Positions 1 through 9,618 of a stretch of 64,000 nucleotides of DNA are shown here, one piece after another. The stretch's first letter is position 1; each line of letters begins with the position of its first letter. Below the pieces are notes generated by a model, which was given only the letters and a program-made list of their open reading frames with translations, ran no database searches and was not told the DNA's origin. A program made the translations under genes and the position numbers. Origin of the DNA: a virus; the IMG/VR virus record IMGVR_UViG_3300006226_000022. One strand, given 5' to 3'.

Positions 1-680
1 AGACCAAGAACACAACAAAGGCGTTCAAATTCCACTTGTTTACGTTTCTTACTAAAGCCAAAACGAGCCGCAAACGTATTGGTTGTTTTATGCTTATACA
101 ACACACAACCATCTGCGGCAAAAGCAATATGAAACTTCTGCTTTTCCGAAAGATTATTACCATACGAGGCAATTCCACCAGAGCTAATATACGCCCGTCC
201 TTTTTTAGTCAAGAATTCACTAGCAGAAGCAATTTGCAAAGGCATCTGATGACGTGTATCTTTGACCACAGGACATGGTCTAAACGCCACTCTATGCGAC
301 GGAGTCATTGCGACATCAAGTCGTTTAGACTTAAAAACGACCATTTCACCATCATGTGGTTTTTGCACGATCTGAGAAGGTACAACAAACGACACGTTAT
401 TGTACTCGTCTACTTGTGCGACTTTAACATTCTCTTGCAATGTGTCCAATCGCACAAATCCATCCTCAGTAAGAATTTCTGTATCACCGATAAAACAATC
501 CGACTCATCGAGTGTCGAAGCCAGAAGTTTTACCAGCGGCAAATTGTTCTTTTCGGCGTATTGTTCAACTATCGCCGTTTTCCCATTGCCCGGCGAGCCC
601 ACAAATGCCAACGGTATTTCGGGGGTGTTGACACTCTGTGTCAATATAGTTTCGATAAAATGCGCTCTTACTTTTGCCAT
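1..680 (-). CDS. MoxR-like AAA+ ATPase, N-terminal part, interrupted by an intein; partial, runs off window start
   Basis: Minus-strand reading from ATG at 680 gives MAKVRAHF...AFVGSPGNGKTAIVEQYAEKNNLPLVKLLASTLDESD (Walker A GSPGNGKT; LASTLDESD resembles the MoxR TPDLLPSD motif). Then C-FIGDTEILTEDGFVRLD (intein block A, Cys codon at 497..495) and ...TPSHRV (block B TxxH). ORF is open to position 1. Absent from the ORF track because it is partial. The plus-strand ORF 36..686 is its mirror artefact. Confidence 0.6.
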   Translation of the reverse strand, partial: MAKVRAHFIETILTQSVNTPEIPLAFVGSPGNGKTAIVEQYAEKNNLPLVKLLASTLDESDCFIGDTEILTEDGFVRLDTLQENVKVAQVDEYNNVSFVVPSQIVQKPHDGEMVVFKSKRLDVAMTPSHRVAFRPCPVVKDTRHQMPLQIASASEFLTKKGRAYISSGGIASYGNNLSEKQKFHIAFAADGCVLYKHKTTNTFAARFGFSKKRKQVEFERLCCVLG

Positions 681-779
681 GAATGATTGATTGTTAATCG
701 ACTTTGTTTATACAAAATACTAGAAAAACAAATATTTAAATTTTGCAAAACATAAGATATCAAATTAACAAAAATCATA

Positions 780-1214
780 CTAGGCATCTTGAAGGTTATC
801 TAATATCTGTTGATTAATCATGGCATGTTGATTTTCAATAGAACGTCTTTCCACTTCAACGACAAACCACAACTTCGAAAAATGAAACCATTCAATAACG
901 TGATTAGTCAATATGGCACTCACACTTATCAAACCTCCCAACAAAACCAAAAACAACAATTGCAACATCAAGTTAGAAATAGCTGCTAAATTAGTTGCGA
1001 TAGGGAATATAAAATCAGTAACCTGACCAAAAGCAGAACACAACACCACAACGGTATAAGCACAGAACCCCACCCAAAAACCAATGCATTGTGAACAAGT
1101 GACCATATACTTCAAACTTGCCGTAGGTATTTTATTGCGAATAGACGCGAACAACTGCGACGATGTAATAATCTGGACAACTCCACACAATGCCAAAATC
1201 TCAATGATAAACAT
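780..1214 (-). CDS. hypothetical membrane protein (several hydrophobic segments)
   Basis: 144-aa minus ORF, hydrophobic stretches, co-directional with neighbours. Confidence 0.4.
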   Translation of the reverse strand: MFIIEILALCGVVQIITSSQLFASIRNKIPTASLKYMVTCSQCIGFWVGFCAYTVVVLCSAFGQVTDFIFPIATNLAAISNLMLQLLFLVLLGGLISVSAILTNHVIEWFHFSKLWFVVEVERRSIENQHAMINQQILDNLQDA

Positions 1215-1351
1215 GGGAATAGAAAACGAATTAAAATAGGTAATTTAGAACGGACTACCGTATCATAGAAAAGCAAAATAAAAATGGCGCATTTCAAAAA
1301 AGCCGGTATTACTACCGACTCTTTCAATATTCAAAAAAGCGCGATAACATC

Positions 1352-1924
1352 TTACTCACCAACGATCGACGTAATAAACGCCTGAACTTCAGGGCGATTC
1401 TTCATAGGCTTTTCATTTAAGAGTGCACGGCTTGTACGGCCAGATGCGACGTAACCACCCGAAGGTAATCGCCAAATCATAAGATTATGTTCCATCCCTT
1501 TCTCCATTGAAAGGAATTGCGCTGTCACATCAACCGCGTTCACCGGAACTCCCTGCTCTATGACATTTTCCGGCTGTATTGCCAATCCACCAGCAACTGG
1601 CGGTGTTTGTTCATTAAGTTCGGCAGCAGCTTTTGCCTGTGCCACCTTGACAGTCTCTTCCATAAGACTTGATGCCGCTGTTTGCGGCTCTGCCTGTTTA
1701 ACAGGCTTTCTATCGGCGCACGGAACGCCGGTAGCAACCCCGCTCGCCACCCGCAAAAATTTATTTGGGAACAGCATATCAAGCGGCTCGATACTCGTGA
1801 GAATATCCCCCTTTTTGAACGTAAACCCTGACGAACCCGTGTATGTTCCGCCAAGCAACTGAAACGTCATCATTGTATTTGACATAATTTTCTGAAATTT
1901 AAAGGAATGCTCGTCCGTGAGCAA
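1352..1924 (-). CDS. hypothetical protein
   Basis: 190-aa minus ORF; overlapping ORFs 1558..1854 (-) and 1560..1862 (+) look like frame artefacts. Confidence 0.4.
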   Translation of the reverse strand: MLTDEHSFKFQKIMSNTMMTFQLLGGTYTGSSGFTFKKGDILTSIEPLDMLFPNKFLRVASGVATGVPCADRKPVKQAEPQTAASSLMEETVKVAQAKAAAELNEQTPPVAGGLAIQPENVIEQGVPVNAVDVTAQFLSMEKGMEHNLMIWRLPSGGYVASGRTSRALLNEKPMKNRPEVQAFITSIVGE

Positions 1925-1980
1925 AATTTAACTCATCCACAATTGATAATAGGAGCGTTGCTCACGAAAACAAAAAACTA

Positions 1981-2304
1981 TCAATAAAGTTTTGCAACCC
2001 TCATCGCTTCCATTACATTTTTCTTTGCTTCTACCAACAAATCGCCTATAATTTCGGCCTGTTCAGGATTCTCTTCAGAATATGCAAGCCTTTGGGCTTT
2101 CTTTATCGCATCTTCTACTGCTGCCAGTTCTTGTTCCATTCCGGGAAGCACATTATTAGTGACAACATCTGTGCGCACATTAGCTGTGCCAGTATTTGTA
2201 AAAGGCTGATACACGGGGGAACCATTAGCGGTTGCCAGTTCACTAAAAGAATTAAACGTTTGCATGATATTTAATTGGTTTTGGTTGATTTTGATTTCTA
2301 ACAA
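1981..2304 (-). CDS. hypothetical protein
   Basis: 107-aa minus ORF. Confidence 0.35.
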   Translation of the reverse strand: MLEIKINQNQLNIMQTFNSFSELATANGSPVYQPFTNTGTANVRTDVVTNNVLPGMEQELAAVEDAIKKAQRLAYSEENPEQAEIIGDLLVEAKKNVMEAMRVAKLY

Positions 2305-2358
2305 AAAGTCCGTGTTGCTTTATCAAAAACAACACAGACTTAAAACGAACCGCTCGAG

Positions 2359-3003
2359 TTATTTAATTCTCGTTCGCAGCATATTCACGAGCATACCGTT
2401 GATGTAGTAGCCAGGGCCTCTGGTCGTCGGAAAATCCGCCGAACTATCGTCAATCAAGTCAACCATAGTCGCATCAACCACGAAGTTTTCATGGGCGTAG
2501 CCGATAATCGGCGCATCGCCAGCTTTCACACCAGTGACGTACATACCATTGGCGGTCTGAGTCAAGTACAGAGGCTGTCCAACACGGTAAATACCAGCAA
2601 CACAACGAAGCAGAACAATATCACCGGAAACAAGCCGTCGAGTCGGAATCACTTCACCAAGGCGACACACGTGGTTCATACTGCGACCGATCAAACTGTT
2701 TTCGATGACCGCAATAAGTTCGGCATCTTCGAGGGCAGGTGCACCATTTGCACCTGCTTGCGACTGGATACGTCCAGGCAACAACCCATTTGCTTGTGCA
2801 TTGGGCGGGCCTGCGATTTGCTGCGGGGTTTTTCCGCCCCACGGCTGATTCGTATTTTCGGGTGTCGGGGCAGCATCGATAATAGCGTACAGGCTAACGA
2901 TGGCTCCGGGGAGTACTTTACCGGTTTCTTCCGGATCCAACACGTACTCGACATAGGGGGAATTGCTCACTTGCAATTCAACACGATACTGATCACGTAA
3001 CAT
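2359..3003 (-). CDS. hypothetical protein
   Basis: 214-aa minus ORF; no motif I can name confidently. Confidence 0.4.
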   Translation of the reverse strand: MLRDQYRVELQVSNSPYVEYVLDPEETGKVLPGAIVSLYAIIDAAPTPENTNQPWGGKTPQQIAGPPNAQANGLLPGRIQSQAGANGAPALEDAELIAVIENSLIGRSMNHVCRLGEVIPTRRLVSGDIVLLRCVAGIYRVGQPLYLTQTANGMYVTGVKAGDAPIIGYAHENFVVDATMVDLIDDSSADFPTTRGPGYYINGMLVNMLRTRIK

Positions 3004-3249
3004 AGTAATACCTTTTTGTTAGAGTATTTGCAGATACTGTTCTTTAATCTTTAACAAGCATCTGGTTTCACCAGTCTGCTACAATTCCGTGTTGCCGAGG
3101 AAAACTCGGTCTTATGCCACTTCGTCCAGACTGAACGTAGAATCCCACCGAGGTATTCCTACGCGTTGCTTTAGCAGAAACGATCTGCGTGCAGATTTTG
3201 CACTGTGTTTTCAGAATAGCACTTTATTAAAAGTGCATACAAAATTTAC
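3004..3249 (-). ncRNA. candidate omegaRNA/reRNA region downstream of truncated tnpB
   Basis: 246 nt with no ORF directly 3' of the TnpB-like remnant; local hairpins (ccgag-gaaaa-ctcgg, gcacttt-attaaaa-gtgc). TnpB guide RNAs derive from the 3' end of tnpB plus the right end. Inference only. Confidence 0.25.
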
Positions 3250-3813
3250 CTAAGATGTGCCTAAGGTATTATGTGCGAGTTCGATTTGCTGAGCCATCGT
3301 CAAATCACGCGAGAAAGTAACGTGACAGTGCGAGCAGGATAGTGTTCTGTCTTGAGGACGTATTTTATCCAAATACTCAGTTTGGCAATGAGAACAAACT
3401 AAAGTAAAATCAGGTACTTCTACAATGCTGACATCATACTTCTTCGAAACGGCGTGCAATTTACGAACAAAACCGCCAAAATCATAATCAAGTGCAAATT
3501 TAGATGACGGCACAGTTTTTGGAATATGAATCACTGTAAATCGACGGCAAATCCTATGTGCTACTTTATAATGCCAATCGGCTAGTTTAGCCTTAGCATG
3601 TTTCATAAAATGCACTATTTGCCGTTCGAGTTTCTCTATGGATTTCGGCGATTTACTGACAGACAGCCTTTTATGGAGTTTTCTGATAACTCTAGCATTC
3701 TTAACAACGAATTTGGGGGCGTGGATGCACTGCCCATTGCTAAACGTGATAAAAGATTTTATGTCGAAAAATAAACCAATTGTACCGGAAGATGTGCGCT
3801 GCGACTTCTGCAT
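3250..3813 (-). pseudogene. tnpB: 5'-truncated TnpB-like (IS200/IS605 OrfB) remnant: RuvC/Zn-finger half only
   Basis: 187 aa: GLFFDIKSFITFSNGQCIHAPKFVVKNARVIRKLHKRLS (TnpB RuvC-I neighbourhood), ADWHYKVAHRI...YDVSIVEV (RuvC-II), CSHC...CSHC zinc finger, SRDLTMAQQIELA (degenerate RuvC-III). N-terminal WED/REC half absent; the upstream ORF 3816..4127 is unrelated. Confidence 0.55.
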
Positions 3814-3815
3814 CG

Positions 3816-4127
3816 TTATTTCAATCGCTCTTTAATACGACCTCGTTCCATTTCAAACTGCTTGGCTATTCTGGCATACTGCGATTCGTCAGTTATACGT
3901 TTGCCCCAGAAAAAGCATTGATCTGCTTTATCAAATCGATAAAAATTTTCGACTTCTGTGACCGCATCATTAACACGTACCATCAGTTTATCGTTTTCTC
4001 GATAAACTACCGCCACGTCGCCGTCTAACACGCCATTAAAACCGCATTCGTAAACGCCGGGTTCGGTCGGTAAGTTTGAAAGAAACGGTTTATCTTCATT
4101 TTTTCCACACGCGCATTTAATCGTCAT
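3816..4127 (-). CDS. hypothetical protein
   Basis: 103-aa minus ORF. Confidence 0.35.
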   Translation of the reverse strand: MTIKCACGKNEDKPFLSNLPTEPGVYECGFNGVLDGDVAVVYRENDKLMVRVNDAVTEVENFYRFDKADQCFFWGKRITDESQYARIAKQFEMERGRIKERLK

Positions 4128-4192
4128 TATTTATCTCCTCAAAATGTTAAAAAGGTTAAATACGTGCTATTTCACAGTGAAATAACCAAAAA

Positions 4193-4870
4193 TCATGTCC
4201 ACAGCTTTGGTGGGTCAATCACATCATTCGTAACAGATGCTTCACCATAACCAGTAGAACCAAAAATCCCACCAAGATTTCGACTATTATCTGCCACTGT
4301 CATTGCAGAATAATCAGGCTGGGGCGTGGTGCTCGTTCTGACACGAAGAGCCTCAGACAATTTATTCAAATCCACTGAAGGCATCCTGTCCAAATCATCC
4401 GCAGTGTAGACCCCCGATGTATTCAAAAGGATATTATTGATGGCTTTACTTCGTAATTCTCTTCGCGCAACAATCCCCTCATTCAAAACAACAGTAAACG
4501 GCGTTACCGTAGTTTGTAAATATTTTTGAATTGCTCCCTCACTGACTGTCGCATTAGTCGTATTATACGAAAGTACAGACGGGCGTTTTACGCCGAACTT
4601 TTGAAGTGATGCCAATATTTGAGTTTCCGCCTTAACTGCATTTTGTAAATCTTCTTGGCAAAGGCGTAAATCCTCTAATAGGTTTTGAAGTTCTTCGGAA
4701 TTCGCAGAACTATTCGTAGTCTGAGTGTCTTTTTCAGGCACAGTGGCTAAACCTAATAAAATCTGCCGTAACACAGATTCCGAAAGCATTTCAAGTTCAC
4801 TCGCACTCTCTGGCGCAAATGTCGAATTCGGGTGATTTACTATTTGGTCAATGAGAGCGGGAACGGACAT
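4193..4870 (-). CDS. hypothetical protein
   Basis: 225-aa minus ORF. Confidence 0.4.
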   Translation of the reverse strand: MSVPALIDQIVNHPNSTFAPESASELEMLSESVLRQILLGLATVPEKDTQTTNSSANSEELQNLLEDLRLCQEDLQNAVKAETQILASLQKFGVKRPSVLSYNTTNATVSEGAIQKYLQTTVTPFTVVLNEGIVARRELRSKAINNILLNTSGVYTADDLDRMPSVDLNKLSEALRVRTSTTPQPDYSAMTVADNSRNLGGIFGSTGYGEASVTNDVIDPPKLWT

Positions 4871-4904
4871 GATTTATTTATTTTACAGTATTTACGAATA
4901 GTAG

Positions 4905-4942
4905 AATTACACAAACGGAAAACAAGCCGTCCTTTTGACGGC
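4905..4942 (-). terminator. rho-independent terminator (minus strand)
   Basis: gccgtcc-tttt-gacggc stem (4926..4942); minus strand reads GCCGTCAAAAGGACGGC then TTGTTTTCCGTTTG; directly 3' of gene 4960..6366. Confidence 0.5.
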
Positions 4943-4959
4943 CTAAACGCGACAACATT

Positions 4960-6366
4960 TTACTGCGGCACTGTATCCGTTATTCTTTCCATTAAAAACG
5001 GGTCTTTTGTCAAATTCGAAAACAGCAACATGTTATGCAACTGTCGTTGCGAATCGACAACATTTTGTGCATGATACGCCTCAAGCAAATCTGGCACAAT
5101 TTCCATATTATTTGTCCGGCGATTTGTCGCAATAAACACGTCATTCGCCTGTACAGGATCAGTGCTTTCGGGAGTGGTCGAAGCATGCGCACCGCCAACC
5201 ACATCCGCCACATTGGATTCGGGAGCTTTGTACGCTTCCACAAAAATGTCAGGCCCTGGTACTATCTGCACATTAGGTTCGGGAAAATCGACAATTTGCG
5301 TTATGGGCGAAGCAGCATCTAGCGGCTTTATATCTGTTGCTTTAATTGCAGCTGCGGGGCCTGTAGACTGCGCTACAACTTGTGCAATGACACAAGCCAA
5401 ATCTTTACCATCAATCACCTTACTCCCCTCTGTGTCAATGATGACTTCAATCGACTGATCCGAATTCTGAACCTTACGGTAATTACGTATCACGTAATAC
5501 TTCTTACTATTTCGACTGATATCCAAACCGTCAGTGATGGGCGGAGCGTACCTGTCACCGAATCGCATTTCATCCACTGTCCGTTCTTCATCATTTTGTG
5601 TACGTGCGTTTTTCGAAGAACCAGTTTCTGATTTCATAGGTGTGTGTACAAGATAACTATTGTACTGACCTTTTATTTCATCATTGTAAAACACACCAAC
5701 TGAAGGAGCCTTGCGAAACGCATCCCAAACACGCCGAGGCACATCATAGTATGCATACTGCCGTCCGCCCTTAAATTCAACCGTCAAAGTGTTATCTGCG
5801 TGTTCATAAGCAATCCGGGTCAATACTGAGCTTTTTACCGGATACACAACGGCATTTGCCGTGCTATTTACCATACGGCTATTCCACAATGTGTTCAACG
5901 ACCGCTCTAAAGTCGTAATAACACGCCGCATATTCGCAGCGTATTTCCCAGAAACGCGATCCATTTCCGAACGTGCCTCTGACAAAAAATGTTCAGCATT
6001 TTCAATAGCTTCCGCAAAATTTTCAGGACTATTTTCGCTCATTGCACGAGTGAGGTATTGTACTGCAAATTTAACATTATTTTTCGCCCTTGTCGTTACA
6101 ACATTTACGGTACGACTATTCCACAATGTATTTAACGACCGTTCTAAAGTCGTTATAATACGCCTCATATTTGCTGCGTATTTCCCCGAAACACGTTCCA
6201 TTTCCGATCTCGCCTCTGACAAAAAATGCCCTGCACTATCAATAGCATCAGCGAAATTTTCAGGGCTGTTTTCACTCATTGCGCGAGTGAGGTATTGTAC
6301 AGCGAATTTGATATTATTCTTCGCTCTAGTCGTTACAACATTATCTGTGCGATTTGAAGTAGCCAT
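4960..6366 (-). CDS. KTSC-domain protein with two tandem 79-aa repeats; paralog of 6469..7758
   Basis: Repeat NVVTTRAKNN(I/V)KFAVQYLTRAMSENSPENFA... occurs twice. C-terminal YPVKSSVLTRIAYEHADNTLTVEFKGGRQYAYYDVPRRVWDAFRKAPSVGVFYNDEIKGQY matches the KTSC domain. Shares RFGDRYAPPITDGLDISRNS and NYRKVQN motifs with the next gene. Confidence 0.5.
   Translation of the reverse strand: MATSNRTDNVVTTRAKNNIKFAVQYLTRAMSENSPENFADAIDSAGHFLSEARSEMERVSGKYAANMRRIITTLERSLNTLWNSRTVNVVTTRAKNNVKFAVQYLTRAMSENSPENFAEAIENAEHFLSEARSEMDRVSGKYAANMRRVITTLERSLNTLWNSRMVNSTANAVVYPVKSSVLTRIAYEHADNTLTVEFKGGRQYAYYDVPRRVWDAFRKAPSVGVFYNDEIKGQYNSYLVHTPMKSETGSSKNARTQNDEERTVDEMRFGDRYAPPITDGLDISRNSKKYYVIRNYRKVQNSDQSIEVIIDTEGSKVIDGKDLACVIAQVVAQSTGPAAAIKATDIKPLDAASPITQIVDFPEPNVQIVPGPDIFVEAYKAPESNVADVVGGAHASTTPESTDPVQANDVFIATNRRTNNMEIVPDLLEAYHAQNVVDSQRQLHNMLLFSNLTKDPFLMERITDTVPQ
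5875..6349. repeat. 2 x 237-bp in-frame tandem repeat inside 4960..6366
   Basis: Both the real frame and the mirror ORF 5861..6379 show a duplicated 79-aa unit. Confidence 0.7.
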
Positions 6367-6468
6367 AGTCGTTTTATAAAGTGAATGTTAGTACAGAAAT
6401 ATCAAAAGATGGCAGCGTGAACAATCGCTTGCACACGCCACCCTCTCAACCCTCTCCCTCCAAGGAGT

Positions 6469-7758
6469 CTATTTATTATCATCGCCAAATGTGACTTTCG
6501 GCGGAATCATGTCGTATTCTTCCTGCACCTGCTCACCACAACTCATCATTGCAGAAGTGATCAATGGCATGGTCGAAAGATTAGCTACAGAAAGCATGGC
6601 ATTCAACATAGTGTCAGCAGACACATTATTTGTCGCAACTTCACGTGTATTTTCCGTCCGCTTATTCTCGAGTTCACCACAGCACTCAGTCCCAACAGAC
6701 GCACCTCCCAATACAGGTTGTCCTTCCTTCACAATCTCAACGACTACGGCTCCAGGTGCAATACCGCCATTCTCATCTCCAGTAATTTCGCCACAATTCC
6801 CATTTTCATCACAGCTTGGTGAAATTTCGACTTCTTCAGCCTCAATGAGAATGTCATACGTACCGTCACCATTCTGAACCTTGCGGTAATTTTTGACCCT
6901 CTTGTAGCGAGAGTTTGCTTGCACACCCAACTTGTCCAAAGCTCTTTTCGCTCCTTCCTGAATCGCCCCCTCGACCTTTTCGGCGAGAGCTGCGTTACCT
7001 GTATCTTTGGGCGGGATCACAGATTTATTTCGGCTTGGCACATAGCGTCCAGTTTTGTTATCCGTGTCAGACTCGCCCGCAGCCCCAAACACACTATCGA
7101 TTTTTTCGGCTAGCTCCTGTACCACTTCGACAAGGTCTTGTACATCATCCACAGAAACCGACACATCCTCCTCATCATCTTCGTTATGTGTCCGGCTATT
7201 CTTGTTGATTTTCAAACCGTCAGTGATCGGAGGTTTGTACGTGTCGCCCGTACGCATCGCCTTAAGCCCTGACTCATCGGTATTTTTGACTTTTTCGTCA
7301 CCAGTCTTGCCATTGGCGGTTTTATCACTAGCAGTTTTTCCATTGGCGGTTTTTACAGTCAATGTATTATGCTTCCGCGAATTGCGAATTTTAACAGACT
7401 TGGGCAACTTCGCCTTGCGTACTCGACCATTTTTCGTACGAACAAGAACTGTCCGACAAAGGTCAGTAGGGGCATCGTCGTCGTCATCACCATCATCCGA
7501 CTCTTCATCCGCATCATCAAGAACCCCAATAAGTTCCCCTTCAATGACTTCCTCTTCAGGAGTATCGGGATTCACGACTATCTCAACAATATCACCGACT
7601 TCGGCGACGGTTTCTGTATCGATGGTTTCAGTTTCAAGCAATGCGGCATCATCATTGCTCAACACATTGTTAACGGTTCCAAGCGCATTCGCAAGCGTCT
7701 TGCGCAACTGATTCAATTCTTGACTAGTAGGCATAGTAATTAAAAGGTTAAAATCCAA
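6469..7758 (-). CDS. acidic protein, paralog of the C-terminal module of 4960..6366
   Basis: 429 aa; MRTGDTYKPPITDGLKINKNS and RYKRVKNYRKVQNGDGTYDILIEAEE mirror motifs in the previous gene; Asp/Glu-rich tracts (DDADEESDDGDDDDD). Confidence 0.5.
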   Translation of the reverse strand: MDFNLLITMPTSQELNQLRKTLANALGTVNNVLSNDDAALLETETIDTETVAEVGDIVEIVVNPDTPEEEVIEGELIGVLDDADEESDDGDDDDDAPTDLCRTVLVRTKNGRVRKAKLPKSVKIRNSRKHNTLTVKTANGKTASDKTANGKTGDEKVKNTDESGLKAMRTGDTYKPPITDGLKINKNSRTHNEDDEEDVSVSVDDVQDLVEVVQELAEKIDSVFGAAGESDTDNKTGRYVPSRNKSVIPPKDTGNAALAEKVEGAIQEGAKRALDKLGVQANSRYKRVKNYRKVQNGDGTYDILIEAEEVEISPSCDENGNCGEITGDENGGIAPGAVVVEIVKEGQPVLGGASVGTECCGELENKRTENTREVATNNVSADTMLNAMLSVANLSTMPLITSAMMSCGEQVQEEYDMIPPKVTFGDDNK

Positions 7759-7877
7759 ACCGCCAATTCCAATAATTCAGGAATCAAAACAATTGCGGTA
7801 AACTTGAAAAAGAATATACCAAAAACTGAAGTCAGGCAGTAAAACAACCTAAGACACTACCTAACTACAAAACGTGA

Positions 7878-7907
7878 TTTTAATTATTAAATATTGAATA
7901 ATTAAAA
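7878..7907. promoter_or_regulatory. copy of the recurring intergenic palindrome (TTTTAATTATTAAATATTGAATAATTAAAA)
   Basis: One of at least 9 near-identical AT-rich palindromes, each just upstream of a minus-strand start. Confidence 0.5.
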
Positions 7908-7939
7908 TCACTGCAAACAAATCTTGTACCATATCAACG

Positions 7940-8470
7940 CTAGTCAACAATCCATTCATTTGTTTTTATTGTTTCTACCCATTTCATTTCACCATCAAAA
8001 AAACGCAAATCATACGATTTACCATCCGCCGGAGGTGCTGGGATACTACTAGTGCCACTAAGTTGCACCATTGGTTGCCACGTAGATGTCTTTTCCTGTC
8101 CAGTATATTTCTGGACATACAGCCACGTATTATTGTCGTTATTTTCGTCTGCAATAACAATTGCTGCCGCATCCTTTGCAGGGATTGGGACTTTCGATAT
8201 CATTTCCGCATGGGTTGCAAAGACTTCAAGCGAACAAGGAACGGGGACAAAATGCTCCCGATCCACCCCACCTTCAAAACGATACACTTTACGTTCGCTA
8301 CGGATCCAAATATGTAACCCGTCAAAGCGTTCGCACTTCGGAATCCTTTTAGTATTCAAAACGCCATCAATTTCGCGCAAAAATACCTCGTCCACCGTTT
8401 GGCGCACCTCGCGGATGTCCACAGGCTCCGGTGCCCCTATATGATGCCCTTCTAACCAACTGATAGCCAT
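7940..8470 (-). CDS. small protein, paralog of 9066..9593 (putative partner/chaperone of the adjacent fibre-like protein)
   Basis: MAISWLEGHHIGAPEPVDIREV vs MAYEWSEGHKINVPEHIDTRF. Confidence 0.45.
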   Translation of the reverse strand: MAISWLEGHHIGAPEPVDIREVRQTVDEVFLREIDGVLNTKRIPKCERFDGLHIWIRSERKVYRFEGGVDREHFVPVPCSLEVFATHAEMISKVPIPAKDAAAIVIADENNDNNTWLYVQKYTGQEKTSTWQPMVQLSGTSSIPAPPADGKSYDLRFFDGEMKWVETIKTNEWIVD

Positions 8471-8478
8471 ATAACCCC

Positions 8479-9051
8479 CTACAAAAACACGTACAAAAAC
8501 GCAGAAGTTGGTCCAAATGTCGCAAATCTACGCGCTACATACCCAAAATACTCCACCCCATCAATCACGATATTACTTGTTGGCACAAAAGTATATTTCG
8601 TAGGCATACCATTCGTAATAATCTCTTCTGGCTCACCCCAATTTCTCGTTATAAGAAAAACCCTACCCATTGGCCAATCATAAAATTCGTCAACCGTGAG
8701 ACCAGTAGACTCTACCCATGCTGCCTCATTCACTACGGGGCGAACCGTTATATTCTGTTTCGGTACAGTAATCTCCGTCGCAGATGTACCACCATGCCTA
8801 ATAGACAACTCAAATTGTGCAGAAGTCGGTGCTGGGACAAGTTCTGAATTAATCTGCTCAGCTTCCGCTATCGTCGCAGGATATATCACGCCATACCATC
8901 CAATAGGTGCTCTGCCCCTCTCCCAAATGATGGGATTTCCATCACCCTTCTCAAAAACTTTGTCAATAGGCACACTCGTACTATCACCATTCTGCAATAA
9001 AATGTCATCGGTGTCGAGCACACCCGTTGTAAATACATGCTTAATCGGCAT
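8479..9051 (-). CDS. stand-alone copy of the C-terminal domain of the 797-aa Ig-repeat protein (putative receptor-binding domain)
   Basis: GWYGVIYPATIAEAEQINSELVPAPTS...TGLTVDEFYDWPMGRVFLITRNWGEPEEIITNG...FGPTSAF aligns to AGYWGVLMPKTISEAMQMNSALVPVPTQ...TGLTIDDWDDYPMGRPFIITKDWGMPSAVITNG...FGATSAF at the end of 9619..12012. Confidence 0.5.
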   Translation of the reverse strand: MPIKHVFTTGVLDTDDILLQNGDSTSVPIDKVFEKGDGNPIIWERGRAPIGWYGVIYPATIAEAEQINSELVPAPTSAQFELSIRHGGTSATEITVPKQNITVRPVVNEAAWVESTGLTVDEFYDWPMGRVFLITRNWGEPEEIITNGMPTKYTFVPTSNIVIDGVEYFGYVARRFATFGPTSAFLYVFL

Positions 9052-9065
9052 AGAATATCCTCCAT

Positions 9066-9593
9066 TTATTGCGATTCTTTGATCAGCACAACCGTTCCAT
9101 CGGGTATTGAATTGGCTGATTCATCATACTCGGCTTGCGACATAACCCGCATTTCCAATTTTGACCAGTAGTCTTTCAACTTTTCCTGAAACGCGTCATC
9201 ATCGAACAACAGCGTTGTAAGTTTTTCAACCACTGTGTCATGAGAAAACATCTGATCTATCAACGTTTCCAAAAACTCTTCCGTAAAGAGTTTCTCAATA
9301 GTATTTTCCTTGAGAAGCTCTTTAATAATAGCCTCTATCTGACCTGGAATCGACGCATCAGGAACCAACTTAGTCCGTAATACAGCCGTAGACTCACCGC
9401 CAACCAACCCAACAATCCGGTAAAGTACCTCCTCATCTTCGATCCACACTGGCAACCCATTAACTGCATTCGCAGGGCGTAGCCTATTCGGATTTGATGT
9501 AGCAAAAACATCTTCAAATGAAGCATACTTAAACCGAGTATCAATGTGCTCTGGTACATTTATTTTATGCCCCTCTGACCATTCATAAGCCAT
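9066..9593 (-). CDS. small protein, paralog of 7940..8470
   Basis: 175-aa ORF; shared N-terminal W-EGH-I-PE motif. Confidence 0.45.
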   Translation of the reverse strand: MAYEWSEGHKINVPEHIDTRFKYASFEDVFATSNPNRLRPANAVNGLPVWIEDEEVLYRIVGLVGGESTAVLRTKLVPDASIPGQIEAIIKELLKENTIEKLFTEEFLETLIDQMFSHDTVVEKLTTLLFDDDAFQEKLKDYWSKLEMRVMSQAEYDESANSIPDGTVVLIKESQ

Positions 9594-9618
9594 TTTTCTT
9601 CTCCTTTAAAGTTAGTTA

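Noticed and set aside
36-686. Plus-strand ORF 36..686 (216 aa) from the ORF track
   Set aside because: Low-complexity K/R/C/F-rich translation; the opposite strand encodes a convincing ATPase plus intein, so this is a mirror-frame artefact. The same applies to 5861..6379 (+), 7055..7711 (+), 9670..10341 (+), 55501..55920 (+), 60413..61252 (+) and similar ORFs antisense to long minus-strand genes.
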